The position numbers and the translations under genes were made by a program. From positions 19 through 64,018 of the forward strand of contig CAILIB010000037.1 of the NCBI GenBank assembly GCA_903834195.1: 64,000 bases of DNA, written 5' to 3'. The notes beneath the pieces are model-generated. The model saw nothing but the letters and a program-made list of their open reading frames with translations, made no database searches and was not told where the DNA came from. Every line of letters begins with the position of its first letter. The stretch's first letter is position 1. This DNA is from an uncultured Candidatus Berkelbacteria bacterium (GTDB lineage Bacteria > Patescibacteriota > UBA1384 > CAILIB01). Below, piece after piece: positions 8,195 to 18,960 of the stretch.

Positions 8195-8305
8195 AAATAG
8201 TCCCATTTTATCGTGAGGATGTACTACTGTTGTGAAAATATTTTCATTCATTTAGTGTGGGCAGCGTAGACTTTTGGCGCTATTCGACGTACAATAAATC
8301 CACGT

Positions 8306-9289
8306 ATGAAACTACCCAGATCAGTCGTATCGGGATTACTCCTGACGACCGCTGTGATTGCCGGGCTTGTAATAAGTCACGGTCAGTCGCCACTTCCGGC
8401 TCATGCTGCGCAACGCGAAAGCGGGTTTACCATTGTTGGTGAGCCTACTGATCGCCAACCTGAAATCTACCAGGGAAGTTTTACTGATTCCACACTCATA
8501 AGCATGCTTACACATGCAGGTGTTTCTGTTGATGCGAGCGATAAAGTGTACGCGTTTCCTGATCCATCCTTGCACGCTGGTAGTGAAGTTCGGGTGTATC
8601 GACACACTGAAGGTGAGGTAAAAGATGGGAACAAAGTTACCTCAATTAAAACTTGGAAAACTACGGTTAAGGATGTGCTTGATGAACAGGGTACAATTTT
8701 GGCAGATCTAGATGTGGTAACGCCCCCACTCAGTACAGTGCTTGTTCCAAATGAGAAGTTTTCAATTGTAATTACGCGTGTGGCTGTGGCAAATATCGTA
8801 ATTACTTCGCCAATTCCGTACACGACGATTACTAAAAATGACGATACGTTGGAGTATGGTACTACAAAGGTGCAAACTGCTGGTAAAAATGGGGTATCAA
8901 GTGCAATATTTAAAGTCGTACGTGAAAATGGTGAAGTAAAATCACAGGTACAAACTAAGCAGGAAACCACTACTGCACCAGTAACACAGGTGATCGCAAA
9001 AGGTACGCATAAGTTGCAGCTCGACTCTGGTGTTGCTTCCTTCTGTGTAGTTTCATCAGCGGGTGGATGTCATAAGAGTATGACTGCAGCTCACAAAAGC
9101 TTGCCGATGGGGAGTAAAATTACTGTCTACAACCCAGCCACTGGCAAGAGTGTAACCGTAACTATTAACGATAGGGGTCCATATGTTCCAGGTCGTGTGG
9201 TAGACTTAGCTCAAGATGCAGCTGACGCAATTGGCATCAAAGGTCTTGGTCAGGTGATCATCTACAAGTACTATCCGCCAGCAAACTAA
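8306..9289 (+). CDS. YabE/RpfB-like cell-wall protein: ubiquitin-like (DUF348) and G5 domains plus an RlpA-like DPBB lytic transglycosylase domain
   Basis: N-terminal TM; G5-like IPYTT...GKNG...PVTQVIAKGT; TAAHKSLPMGS...VTINDRGPY...VDL. Lies near rsmA and tatD. Confidence 0.82.
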   Translation: MKLPRSVVSGLLLTTAVIAGLVISHGQSPLPAHAAQRESGFTIVGEPTDRQPEIYQGSFTDSTLISMLTHAGVSVDASDKVYAFPDPSLHAGSEVRVYRHTEGEVKDGNKVTSIKTWKTTVKDVLDEQGTILADLDVVTPPLSTVLVPNEKFSIVITRVAVANIVITSPIPYTTITKNDDTLEYGTTKVQTAGKNGVSSAIFKVVRENGEVKSQVQTKQETTTAPVTQVIAKGTHKLQLDSGVASFCVVSSAGGCHKSMTAAHKSLPMGSKITVYNPATGKSVTVTINDRGPYVPGRVVDLAQDAADAIGIKGLGQVIIYKYYPPAN

Positions 9290-9290
9290 C

Positions 9291-9971
9291 ATGTCGATTA
9301 TTTCACTCACGAACGTTAGTAAGAACTACCTCCTCGATACTGTTGAAGTTCGAGTTCTTAAAGATGTAAACATTTCTATCAAAAAAGGTGAAATGGTGGC
9401 GATTATGGGTCCATCAGGGTCTGGAAAGTCTACCCTCATGAATATGATCGGTCTGCTCGATCGGCCAACCAGCGGTACGCTGAGGTTGGATGGTAAAGAA
9501 ATTCGTCTAACCATGTCCGATAAAGCATTGGCACATTTACGAAGCGAAAAAATCGGCTTTGTGTTTCAGTCGTTTAATTTATTGCCTCGGTTGACTGCAC
9601 TTGCAAACGTCATGATGCCTGCATCATATGCAGGAACTGCTTCTGGAGTGGCTAAAGAAAAAGCAATCGAAATTCTTGGAAGGGTTGGATTAAAAGATCG
9701 TGTAACGCATAGGCCAACTGAAATGTCAGGCGGCGAACGTCAACGTGTTGCAATTGCTCGCGCGCTGATTAATAACCCTGAAATTATTTTAGCTGATGAG
9801 CCAACGGGTAATCTGGATAGTAAATCAGGTAAAGAGGTTATGCAGGTGTTACGTGATCTGAACAATGAAGGTAAGACCATTATTATAATTACGCACGATC
9901 AGACAATTGCTGACTACTGTAGTCGTACAGTACGCATTCTCGACGGTGCGGTAGAGGAGCGTCATGGGTGA
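9291..9971 (+). CDS. ABC transporter ATP-binding protein (MacB/LolD family)
   Basis: GPSGSGKST, MSGGERQR and ADEPTGNLD motifs. Confidence 0.93.
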   Translation: MSIISLTNVSKNYLLDTVEVRVLKDVNISIKKGEMVAIMGPSGSGKSTLMNMIGLLDRPTSGTLRLDGKEIRLTMSDKALAHLRSEKIGFVFQSFNLLPRLTALANVMMPASYAGTASGVAKEKAIEILGRVGLKDRVTHRPTEMSGGERQRVAIARALINNPEIILADEPTGNLDSKSGKEVMQVLRDLNNEGKTIIIITHDQTIADYCSRTVRILDGAVEERHG

Positions 9972-11172
9972 GAATATTCGCACAGCACTTAGTTCGATCT
10001 GGGGTAATAAAGTTCGCAGTTTACTTACACTTCTTGGTGTAGTTATTGGGGTAACGTCAGTTACAACCCTTGTTGCCGTTGGTCAGGGTGTAAAGAATGA
10101 TGTTTCAGGTCTTATTGAAGGCTTGGGAACAAATATTATTACAGTTGTATCGGGCAAAATTGATACGTCAAACTCGGGAAATACAAACCCAGCAAACTTT
10201 GTTTCGGGAGATATTCTTACTCAAAGTGATGTTACAGCCTTACAGGCATTGCCAAGTTTGCAGTCAGTTTCACCAATTGCTTTGGTTTCTGGAGAATTGA
10301 AGGTTGGGGCACTTACCTCACAACCGGTTCTTTTTGGAACAACGAGCAATATCGCACAATCATTCGACATTATTAAAGTTGATAGTGGTCGCATTTTTAA
10401 AGATACTGCTGACGATCAAAAATCTATTGTGCTGAGTTCAATTGCTGCAACTACGTTATTCCCAGGGGAAACCGCAATAGGGAAGCAGGTCACTGTTGGT
10501 ACTGAGGTGCTCACTGTTGTTGGTATTCTAAGTCAGCCAAAATCGAGTAGTCTCTTTGGAAATCAGTTAAGTACACTTTCACTGGTGCCGTTTAATGAGG
10601 CAACTGTACTTAATAAAGGTCGGGTGACTATCAGTCGTATGTATGCAAAGGCATTCGATACACAGCAGGTAAATGATGTGAAGCGCCAAATGCACGATGT
10701 ATTGTTGAAAGCTCATGGCGGGGAAGAAAACTTCACTGTACTTACTCAGGACGATATTCTCGGAATCTTTAGTCAGTTCCTCAACTTAGCAACTGCAATG
10801 GTTTCAGCAATTGCCTCTATATCACTGGTTGTTGGTGGCATTGGAATCATGAATATCATGCTCGTTACGGTTACTGAGCGCACACGAGAGATAGGTCTTC
10901 GCAAAGCTGTTGGTGCAACACAGGGGGCAATCTTAATTCAATTCCTAACCGAGGCTGTAGTTGTTACCCTTGTAGGTGGGATACTTGGACTGCTACTCTC
11001 CTGGGTCATTGCGCAAATCGTTGCCGCGCAAACTCCGCTCCAGCCGCAATTTACTCCGCAAGTTATCGCGCTGGCGATTGGTATTTCAATTATTATCGGG
11101 GCAGTATTCGGACTCTGGCCAGCAATGCGTGCAGCTCGAAAAGATCCAATTGAAGCTCTACGCTACGAATAA
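9964..11172 (+). CDS. ABC transporter permease (MacB/FtsX family)
   Basis: GGIGIMNIMLVTVTERTREIG; C-terminal DPIEALRYE. Confidence 0.93.
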   Translation: MGENIRTALSSIWGNKVRSLLTLLGVVIGVTSVTTLVAVGQGVKNDVSGLIEGLGTNIITVVSGKIDTSNSGNTNPANFVSGDILTQSDVTALQALPSLQSVSPIALVSGELKVGALTSQPVLFGTTSNIAQSFDIIKVDSGRIFKDTADDQKSIVLSSIAATTLFPGETAIGKQVTVGTEVLTVVGILSQPKSSSLFGNQLSTLSLVPFNEATVLNKGRVTISRMYAKAFDTQQVNDVKRQMHDVLLKAHGGEENFTVLTQDDILGIFSQFLNLATAMVSAIASISLVVGGIGIMNIMLVTVTERTREIGLRKAVGATQGAILIQFLTEAVVVTLVGGILGLLLSWVIAQIVAAQTPLQPQFTPQVIALAIGISIIIGAVFGLWPAMRAARKDPIEALRYE

Positions 11173-11259
11173 ACAAGGGTTCGCAGAAAATTTGTTGACG
11201 TCGTTCAACAGCTCGGCTACTATTAGTATATCTTATTAGATACTTTTCGGGGGTAGAGT

Positions 11260-11592
11260 ATGTTCGTTAAGGATATCGAGCGCTTGGGATTAACTGAGAA
11301 GGAATCTCGTGTGTACTTAACGAGCCTGCGAGTAGGGCCGGTGAGTATGCAGGTTTTGGCACGCAAATCCAAGGTTGACCGAGGAACTGCGTACCATGTT
11401 GCGCAGACTCTGACTGAAAAAGGGTTATTTGAAATTGTAGGTGATGGTAAGCGGCCGTTATTCCGTGTTACTCACCCAGCTCGTCTCTACAACTATGTTG
11501 AGCAACAGAAGCAGAAGGCTGATGCACAGTATGCCGCTATGCAGATAATGATTAACGACTTAGAGACGCTCTATCAGGTTGGTGCAGACTAG
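11260..11592 (+). CDS. TrmB-like winged-helix regulator (N-terminal domain only)
   Basis: LGLTEKESRVY...LARKSKVDRGTAY...LTEKGL. Confidence 0.8.
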   Translation: MFVKDIERLGLTEKESRVYLTSLRVGPVSMQVLARKSKVDRGTAYHVAQTLTEKGLFEIVGDGKRPLFRVTHPARLYNYVEQQKQKADAQYAAMQIMINDLETLYQVGAD

Positions 11593-11636
11593 TTTAGAGC
11601 TAGTAGTTTAGCTGATTTTCAGCTATAGTTCGGCGG

Positions 11637-12479
11637 ATGATAGACCGCCTCGATCCACAAGAACTGCGCAACCGTTTATATAACGATAAGTACTGGTCCA
11701 AGAAAGATTTGGGGCAGCACTTTTTGATTGATGGTCGTGTTCTCGAAGCAATGCTTGAAGCGGCAGAACTTAGCGAGTCAGATACAGTTGTTGAAGTGGG
11801 GCCAGGGATGGGTGTGCTCACTGAAAAACTCCTTGAACAAGCTGGTCATGTGGTGGCGTTTGAGTACGATTTTCAGATGGTGAAAATTTTGCAAGACGAT
11901 TTTAAGAATGAGAAACTCGAACTCGTTGCAGGGGATGTGTTGCAAACTGCAGTCGAAAAAATTCCGACCATTGGCGCATATAAAGTAGTTGCAAATATTC
12001 CCTATCAAATTACGACGCCGCTGATTAAACTTTTTCTTGAGGGAGGGGTGAGTGTCCTTCCTGAAAGACTCGTATTATTAGTTCAAAAAGAAGTGGGTGA
12101 GCGCCTTACTGCTGGTCCATCCGAAAGTGGTCGGGGCTTCTTATCGATGCTTACACAATACTATTCTGACGCTGAATATGTAGTAACGGTTCCGAGGGCA
12201 TCTTTCTGGCCGATACCAGGGGTAGATTCTGCCGTTATTTCTCTCCACATTAAGCAAGAGCGCCGGTATACAGGAGAAGATGAATCCAACTTCCTCCGCT
12301 ATGTTAAGCGGGCTTGGACGCAACCACGGAAGCAATTAAAGAACGTCCTCGCAGGCATGCGTGGCGTTGCACATACCGAGATCGGGGCCCAATTTATTGC
12401 GCTCGGTTTACCTGAAAATATTCGCGTGCAAGAACTAAATGAAGATCAATGGGATGTTCTCTATAGGGGTAACGTATGA
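11637..12479 (+). CDS. rsmA: 16S rRNA dimethyladenosine transferase
   Basis: KKDLGQHFL, EVGPGMG and VANIPYQIT motifs. Confidence 0.96.
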   Translation: MIDRLDPQELRNRLYNDKYWSKKDLGQHFLIDGRVLEAMLEAAELSESDTVVEVGPGMGVLTEKLLEQAGHVVAFEYDFQMVKILQDDFKNEKLELVAGDVLQTAVEKIPTIGAYKVVANIPYQITTPLIKLFLEGGVSVLPERLVLLVQKEVGERLTAGPSESGRGFLSMLTQYYSDAEYVVTVPRASFWPIPGVDSAVISLHIKQERRYTGEDESNFLRYVKRAWTQPRKQLKNVLAGMRGVAHTEIGAQFIALGLPENIRVQELNEDQWDVLYRGNV

Positions 12480-13180
12480 CAATGGAAAACGCACTTTACA
12501 TTGTGGCAACACCAATTGGCAATCTTGGAGATATTACACTTCGCGCACTTGAAGTTTTGAAATCTGTAGACGTGGTGTTTGCTGAAGATACACGTGTAAC
12601 AAGGGCTATATTCAATCGATATGAGATATCCACTCCATTAAAATCCTATCGAGAAGCGGCTGATCGTCGCTTAGTAGAGCGAATGATCACTGAAATTGTC
12701 GGAATGTTACATGAGGGCAAATCGGTTGCATTTGTAAGTGACGCAGGTACTCCAGGTGTATCTGATCCAGGTGATTATTTGGTCTCACGACTGACTGAAC
12801 AGGGGCTAAACGTTGTACCGATTCCAGGCGCTAGTGCACTTGCTGCAATTTTGAGTGTCGCAGGTTTATCGGTGCAGCGACCATTGTTTATTGGGTTTCT
12901 ACCAAAAAAGAAAGGGCACCAAACGTTAATGGGGCAGTTAAAGTCAGTGTTAGTTTCAGGTATTTCCGATGGCATTGTACTGTATGAATCACCTGAGCGT
13001 ATTATTCGTACCCTCCAAGAACTGCTAGAATGGGAAGTAGATTTGCAGGTTTGTCTTGGGAGAGAGCTCACAAAGCAATTTGAGGAAATCCTCCGTGGAA
13101 CACCGCAATCTGTGCTTGAAATCCTTCAGCAACGAAAAACTGTTAAAGGTGAGATTGTTCTATTAGTTTCAAAAAATTAG
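12476..13180 (+). CDS. rsmI: 16S rRNA C1402 2'-O-methyltransferase
   Basis: VATPIGNLGDIT, AEDTR, VSDAGTPGVSDPG and RELTKQFEE motifs. Confidence 0.96.
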   Translation: MTMENALYIVATPIGNLGDITLRALEVLKSVDVVFAEDTRVTRAIFNRYEISTPLKSYREAADRRLVERMITEIVGMLHEGKSVAFVSDAGTPGVSDPGDYLVSRLTEQGLNVVPIPGASALAAILSVAGLSVQRPLFIGFLPKKKGHQTLMGQLKSVLVSGISDGIVLYESPERIIRTLQELLEWEVDLQVCLGRELTKQFEEILRGTPQSVLEILQQRKTVKGEIVLLVSKN

Positions 13181-13194
13181 CGTAACTTTTTCGC

Positions 13195-14751
13195 ATGCGT
13201 GAACGTCCGTTCTATATTACAACTGCTATTGCATACCCCAATGCTCGCCCACACATGGGTACGGCTTTGGAGTGGGTACAAGCTGATGTGATTGCACGGT
13301 ACATGCGCCTGTTTGCAGGGGTGCCAGTGCGGTTTCAGACTGGTATAGATGAACATGGCTTAAAGATTGCTCGGTCGGCGGAAGCAGCTGGAATGGCTCC
13401 CGCAGAGTTTGTCGATGGTCAGTTGCAACACTTTACCTCGTTGGCCGATGGTTTATCAATTTCAGCCGATCGCTTCATTCGGACAAGTGAAAAAGCCCAT
13501 ATTGAAATGGCGCAAGCCCTGTGGAATGCCTGTGCATCGAAGGGCGATATATATAAGAAAACCTACCGCGCTTGGTATGACGTAAAGGAAGAAGAGTTTC
13601 TTGGCCTTGCCGATGAGATACAAGACCCTTCGGTTTTTGGAGTTGACCCAAAGTTTTTGGAACTGATAGAAGAAGAGAATTACTTTTTTGCAGCGTCGAA
13701 ATACCAAGAGAAAGTGTTAGAAGTATTAAAGAAAGATGAGTACGAAGTTATACCTCGTAATCGTCGTTTAGAGCTTGTGACCTTCATTGAAGAGAAGGGA
13801 CTTCAGGATGTCTCAATTTCCCGAGATTCGAGTAAGTTGTCCTGGGGTGTGCCTGTGCCTGGAGATGAATCTCAAGTAATGTATGTTTGGTTTGATGCGC
13901 TGACAAACTATCTAACTGGTGCAGCATCAGTGGTTGATGGCCAGATTAAACCTAGTGAATTTTGGCCAGCTGCACTCCATGTTGTTGGAAAAGATATTAG
14001 TAGGTTTCATGGGGTACTTTGGACTGCAATGTTACTTTCTGCTGAAATTGCTTTACCTGAAAAGTTACTCGTCCATGGGTTCATTTTAAGTGGTGGACGT
14101 AAAATGAGTAAGTCGCTGGGGAATATTATTGATCCACAGGATTTCCTTGCTCAGTATGGGGTGGAGCCACTGCGATGGTATCTGACACATGCAGTTCCAA
14201 CTTTAAATGACGGCGATTTTACCGATGAACGTTTCCGTCAGGTCTACACAAGTAACCTAGTAAATGATTTTGGCAACCTAGTGAGTAGAGTTGTAAGCAT
14301 GGCGCATAAGTATTGTGATGGTCGCGTGCCGATGGTTTCTGCAGAGCAGGTAGATAATCTCGAGAAAGTGATCGTAGAAGAAAAGTGGCGAGAATATCAC
14401 GCTGCAATGTATACGCTTGAGTTAAGTGGTGCGACTACAGCAGCTCATGAGTTGATGGTTTTCTGTAATCGACGAATAGATGAATTAAAGCCATGGATTT
14501 TGGCAAAAGATGAGTTTAAACGAACAGAATTAGAGGAATTATTATATGAACTTCTGGAAGTTATTCGTCATATTGCTGTGATGTTGCAGCCTGTGTTACC
14601 AGGTACTTCAGCAAAAATTGCAGTAGAAGTATTCCCAGACCTAGATGCAGCCTTTTGGCAGAATGGTACCCAAGGTTCAGCCTGGGGTGCACTAGAGCCA
14701 GGAAGCTTGCTTGGACCATCTCCTATGTTATTTCCTCGATTAGAATCATGA
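13195..14751 (+). CDS. metG: Methionyl-tRNA synthetase (short form)
   Basis: YITTAIAYPN..PHMG, YVWFDAL and KMSKS motifs. Confidence 0.96.
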   Translation: MRERPFYITTAIAYPNARPHMGTALEWVQADVIARYMRLFAGVPVRFQTGIDEHGLKIARSAEAAGMAPAEFVDGQLQHFTSLADGLSISADRFIRTSEKAHIEMAQALWNACASKGDIYKKTYRAWYDVKEEEFLGLADEIQDPSVFGVDPKFLELIEEENYFFAASKYQEKVLEVLKKDEYEVIPRNRRLELVTFIEEKGLQDVSISRDSSKLSWGVPVPGDESQVMYVWFDALTNYLTGAASVVDGQIKPSEFWPAALHVVGKDISRFHGVLWTAMLLSAEIALPEKLLVHGFILSGGRKMSKSLGNIIDPQDFLAQYGVEPLRWYLTHAVPTLNDGDFTDERFRQVYTSNLVNDFGNLVSRVVSMAHKYCDGRVPMVSAEQVDNLEKVIVEEKWREYHAAMYTLELSGATTAAHELMVFCNRRIDELKPWILAKDEFKRTELEELLYELLEVIRHIAVMLQPVLPGTSAKIAVEVFPDLDAAFWQNGTQGSAWGALEPGSLLGPSPMLFPRLES

Positions 14752-15536
14752 TTGATACACATTGTCATTTAAACTTTTCACCAATGGTGGAGGATGTTCC
14801 TTCAGTTCTTCAGCGTGCTTGGGCGGCTGGAGTAACTGGAATTGTAATTCCAGGAACTGACTCAGACAGCTCTTTTTCGGCAGTTAATATAGCTCGGTTA
14901 TTTCCAGGTGTATATCCAGCTGTGGGTATTCACCCAAGTGAAGTTGAAAAATTAGGTGAGGATGCCGATGCTGAAATCCGTGAACTAGCTGAACTATCGA
15001 CCGTCGTTGCAATTGGTGAAGTTGGACTAGACTATCACTACTTTGAAGGGCTGGATGCGGCTGGGATAGAGCGGGTGAAATTTGCACAGAAGGCATTATT
15101 CACTGATATGATTCAAATTGCACAAGAAGTGCAGAAGCCTCTGATTATTCACAGTAGGGATTGCTTCGAGGATATTTACGAGCACATGGCTGCTCAAGTT
15201 CCAAATCATCCAGCTGTTATTCACTGTTTTACAGGTTCAATAGAAGAAGCTAAACAATGGCTTGAGTTGGGGTATCTACTTTCTTTCACTGGAGTTATTA
15301 CCTACAAAAAGAACGAAGCGTTGCGAGAAATTGTTAAGCATGTTCCAATTGAGCAAATGATGATTGAAACCGATGCTCCGTATTTGGCTCCAGAAGGCTT
15401 TCGTAAAGAAAGTTGTGAACCAAAGTTTGTACGAAATGTGGCCGAGTGTGTAGCAGAGGTTAAGGGTGTTTCACTTGAAGAAGTTATTGATATTACTACT
15501 GAAACTGCAACAAGTTTCTTTAATATTGCACTATGA
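14748..15536 (+). CDS. tatD: TatD-family nuclease/hydrolase
   Basis: IDTHCH, IGEVGLDY, IHSR, IHCF and ETDAPY motifs. Start ATG overlaps the metG stop (ATGA). Confidence 0.93.
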   Translation: MIDTHCHLNFSPMVEDVPSVLQRAWAAGVTGIVIPGTDSDSSFSAVNIARLFPGVYPAVGIHPSEVEKLGEDADAEIRELAELSTVVAIGEVGLDYHYFEGLDAAGIERVKFAQKALFTDMIQIAQEVQKPLIIHSRDCFEDIYEHMAAQVPNHPAVIHCFTGSIEEAKQWLELGYLLSFTGVITYKKNEALREIVKHVPIEQMMIETDAPYLAPEGFRKESCEPKFVRNVAECVAEVKGVSLEEVIDITTETATSFFNIAL

Positions 15537-15772
15537 TCCGAGTAAAGCCTGAAGGTGTAATTGAATGGATTGGAGCATTGCTTGTATTGCTCGCTTTTAC
15601 CCTTTTAACAGCTGAAGTGTGGTCAGCACACCAGTGGCCATATCTAGTGAGTAATGTAGTCGGATCAATCTGTATTGCATATGGTGCATTTAAAAAGAAA
15701 GACATTCCGCCAGTTGCGCTCAATATAATTTGGCTATTAGTTGCGCTTATTGGTTTGCTTAAACTGATCTAA
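15533..15772 (+). CDS. Small 3-TM membrane protein (CBU_0592-like)
   Basis: 79 aa, hydrophobic; start and stop coupled to both neighbours. Confidence 0.7.
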   Translation: MIRVKPEGVIEWIGALLVLLAFTLLTAEVWSAHQWPYLVSNVVGSICIAYGAFKKKDIPPVALNIIWLLVALIGLLKLI

Positions 15773-16932
15773 TGGAGAAGGTGATTGTAGCCATGTCTGG
15801 AGGAGTAGACTCTTCAGTTACAGCTGCTCTTTTGAAGGAGCAGGGATTTGAGGTGGAGGGGATGTTCATGAAAAATTGGTCACCAGAAACAATTCAATCA
15901 CTAACAGATTGTCCATGGGAACAGGATCAGACAGATGCGGCAGCAGTGTGTGAGCATTTAGGTATACCATTTCGATCAATTAATTTTGAGCGCGAGTATA
16001 AAGAAAAAGTTGTGGATTACTTTTTGCGCGAGTATGCAGCAGGGCGAACACCAAACCCGGATATTATGTGCAACAAGGAGATTAAGTTTGCTGCTTTTTT
16101 GTATGCGGCTGAGGAGATGGGAGCTTCTCGAATCGCAACTGGACACTATGTTAAAGCTGTTGATGGGCAGTTATTTAGAGGCATTGATCCGCGTAAGGAT
16201 CAGTCATATTTTCTTCATACGCTGAATAAAAATCAGATTGACCGCAGTATATTTCCGCTAGGAGAGTTAACTAAACCTGAAGTACGTGAGCTTGCAGAGA
16301 AGTTTGGCTTACCAACTGCTAAGAAGAAAGATAGTCAGGGCATATGTTTCATAGGTCATATTGATCTGAAACAGTTTCTTATGGAGCAGATCGGAGTAAA
16401 GCAAGGTTCAGTGTATCTACTTCCAGATTATACTGAAGGTCAGACAATTGATGATCGTATAGCATCGTCACTGCTTGTTGGTAAGCATCAAGGGTCGATG
16501 TTCTACACTCATGGTGAGCGTGCACGTAGTTGCATCGACAATCGACTGTACCGTATTATCACTGGAAATGTTGATGTTGAGCCATGTTATGTAGTAGCTA
16601 TCAGAGCCAAAGAAAATACTATATATGTGACAAGACAGCACAATGATCCACATCTATATACTTCAACGCATACCCTTGAGGGGTTTATGTTCACTGGAAG
16701 CACTGGTGAATTAGATGAAGTATCGACTCTCGATGCTATGGCAAAAAATTATGAGCTTACCTGCCAAATTCGGTATCAGCAAAAACCGTTGAAAGTACTA
16801 GGGGTGGAAAAATCAGGGGAAGATCTGATTGTTACAACCGAACCACTCTGGGCAGTAATGGAAGGTCAGTCACTTGTAATCTATAAAGATGAGCGCGTTA
16901 TTGGAGGAGGTGTAGTATGCGCTACCAACTAA
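15772..16932 (+). CDS. mnmA: tRNA 2-thiouridylase
   Basis: AMSGGVDSS, TPNPDIMCN, ATGHY, KDQSYFL and DSQGICF motifs. Confidence 0.96.
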   Translation: MEKVIVAMSGGVDSSVTAALLKEQGFEVEGMFMKNWSPETIQSLTDCPWEQDQTDAAAVCEHLGIPFRSINFEREYKEKVVDYFLREYAAGRTPNPDIMCNKEIKFAAFLYAAEEMGASRIATGHYVKAVDGQLFRGIDPRKDQSYFLHTLNKNQIDRSIFPLGELTKPEVRELAEKFGLPTAKKKDSQGICFIGHIDLKQFLMEQIGVKQGSVYLLPDYTEGQTIDDRIASSLLVGKHQGSMFYTHGERARSCIDNRLYRIITGNVDVEPCYVVAIRAKENTIYVTRQHNDPHLYTSTHTLEGFMFTGSTGELDEVSTLDAMAKNYELTCQIRYQQKPLKVLGVEKSGEDLIVTTEPLWAVMEGQSLVIYKDERVIGGGVVCATN

Positions 16933-18923
16933 CTGATTCAGTTCGACTTATTCCAGGAGTTGGTCCAAAGCTTTTAGAAGGCTTAGAACGAATGGAGATT
17001 CGTACATTCTCAGACATTATAGGATGGTATCCTCGCCGGTACATTGATGGATCGCGACCTACTCCTGTTGCGCAGTTACCAAAAGGAATGACTTCGGCAG
17101 TTCGGGTGACTATCATTTCAGTAAATAGTCATCGCACCCCTAGTCGCATGCAATTTGTTGATGCGCGCTGTGCTGATGAAAGTGGGGAAATTACTGTGCG
17201 CTGGTTTAATCAGCCTTATGTCCAAAAAAAGTTGGAAGTAGGTAGTGAGTGGATTTTTATTGGATCGGCTGAAATATTTCGTGGAAATTTACAAATGGTA
17301 AATCCGCGAATAGTTGAAGAACCTGAAGTAATTCCATTGTATTCACAAACGAGTACGGTTAGCACAAATGCATTGCGTGGGTTTATCAAGTTTGCACTAG
17401 ATAATTGTGATCTATCTGAACATCTCCCAACTTCAATTCGCGAGCGTGAAGGATTGATTTCATTTGCCGAAGCAATGGATATTATTCATCGACCTAAGCA
17501 AATGGATGACTTGCTTGAAGCCCAGCGGTACATTGCCTTTCAGGAAACATTTGAGTTTTTTGTCAGTATTCTACAAAGTCGTGGAACAGAGGATGCGCAG
17601 GCGGGTATTCCTATGTCGGTTGATTTAGAATGGCTGAAACGAGTTGTAGAGTCGTTACCGTTTGAGTTAACTGCAGGGCAAAAACGGGTAGTCTGGGATG
17701 CAGTACAGGAAATGACCGAAGGAAAATTGATGACTCGCCTTATCAACGGTGATGTGGGATCTGGCAAGACAGTGATTGCTGCCCTGGTTGCTGCCGTTGT
17801 GGCTCGGGCTGGTTTTCGAACTGTGCTCTTGGTTCCAACAGAAATCCTTGCAAAGCAACATAGTCAAAGTATTGCCGCACTTTTGCAGACTGCTGGAGTT
17901 CGTGTAGCACTGTACACCGCTGCACAAAAAGACGATCTTAAAGACGCAGATTTAGTTGTGGGAACGCACGCAGTATTACAAGAAAAATTTGAATTAGATC
18001 GAGTAGGATTGGTCGTAATTGATGAGCAACACAGGTTTGGTGTTCGTCAGAGGGCGATTTTACGTGACTTATCAGAACAGGTTCCTCACCTCCTTTCGAT
18101 GACGGCCACGCCAATTCCACGTACACTTGCACTTGTTCTGTTTGCTGACCTTACAGTTTCTGTACTGCGCGAAAAACCAAAAAATCGCCTTCCGGTTGAT
18201 ACTCAGATTATTTATCCACGTGAGCGAGCACAAATTCATCAGCGGGTGATGTCTGAGTTGCAGCAGGGTCATCAAATATTTGTTCTCTGTCCACTTATTG
18301 AAGAAAAACCTGATGAAGAAGAATTACGTCTTTTTGATGTTGAAAAAGAGAAGAAAACAGTAATTAAGGAAGCTGAGCGTTTACGAACAGAGCATCCTGA
18401 ATACGGAGTGATTGAAGTTATCCACGGTAAAATGAAACCTGCCGAAAAGCGTGACGTAATGGAGCGGATGGCGCGAGGTGAAGTGAATATGTTGGTAGCA
18501 ACGTCGGTTATTGAAGTTGGTGTTGATGTGCCAAATGCCACAGTAATGGTAATTGAAAATGCTGAGCAATTTGGATTAGCGCAGTTGCACCAGTTGCGCG
18601 GTCGGGTTGGTCGTGGGTTGGCTCAATCATACTGTTTACTCTGTCCTTCGCATCCAGGTGGTCCAGCGATAGATCGACTTCGTGTGCTTGTGGATCATGA
18701 TTCTGGTTTTGATGTAGCAGAAGAAGATTTGGCCTTACGCGGTCCGGGAGATATTACTGGGTTGGCACAATCTGGGTTACCAAGTTTTCGTATGGCACGT
18801 CTTACTGATATTGATTTTCTTCAGCATGTTAAGGATGTTGCACAGGAATATCTTTCTTCTGGCAATAAAGAGGCTCTTGAAGGTATGTCCGACTATTCTC
18901 ATATTAAGGCGAGCTTAGAATAG
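16917..18923 (+). CDS. recG: ATP-dependent DNA helicase RecG
   Basis: GDVGSGKT, DEQHRFG, MTATPIPRT and QLHQLRGRVGRG motifs. Confidence 0.96.
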   Translation: MRYQLTDSVRLIPGVGPKLLEGLERMEIRTFSDIIGWYPRRYIDGSRPTPVAQLPKGMTSAVRVTIISVNSHRTPSRMQFVDARCADESGEITVRWFNQPYVQKKLEVGSEWIFIGSAEIFRGNLQMVNPRIVEEPEVIPLYSQTSTVSTNALRGFIKFALDNCDLSEHLPTSIREREGLISFAEAMDIIHRPKQMDDLLEAQRYIAFQETFEFFVSILQSRGTEDAQAGIPMSVDLEWLKRVVESLPFELTAGQKRVVWDAVQEMTEGKLMTRLINGDVGSGKTVIAALVAAVVARAGFRTVLLVPTEILAKQHSQSIAALLQTAGVRVALYTAAQKDDLKDADLVVGTHAVLQEKFELDRVGLVVIDEQHRFGVRQRAILRDLSEQVPHLLSMTATPIPRTLALVLFADLTVSVLREKPKNRLPVDTQIIYPRERAQIHQRVMSELQQGHQIFVLCPLIEEKPDEEELRLFDVEKEKKTVIKEAERLRTEHPEYGVIEVIHGKMKPAEKRDVMERMARGEVNMLVATSVIEVGVDVPNATVMVIENAEQFGLAQLHQLRGRVGRGLAQSYCLLCPSHPGGPAIDRLRVLVDHDSGFDVAEEDLALRGPGDITGLAQSGLPSFRMARLTDIDFLQHVKDVAQEYLSSGNKEALEGMSDYSHIKASLE

Positions 18924-18960
18924 AATTGTTTGGTGTACGGTCTTGCGATAGTGTGGCCGT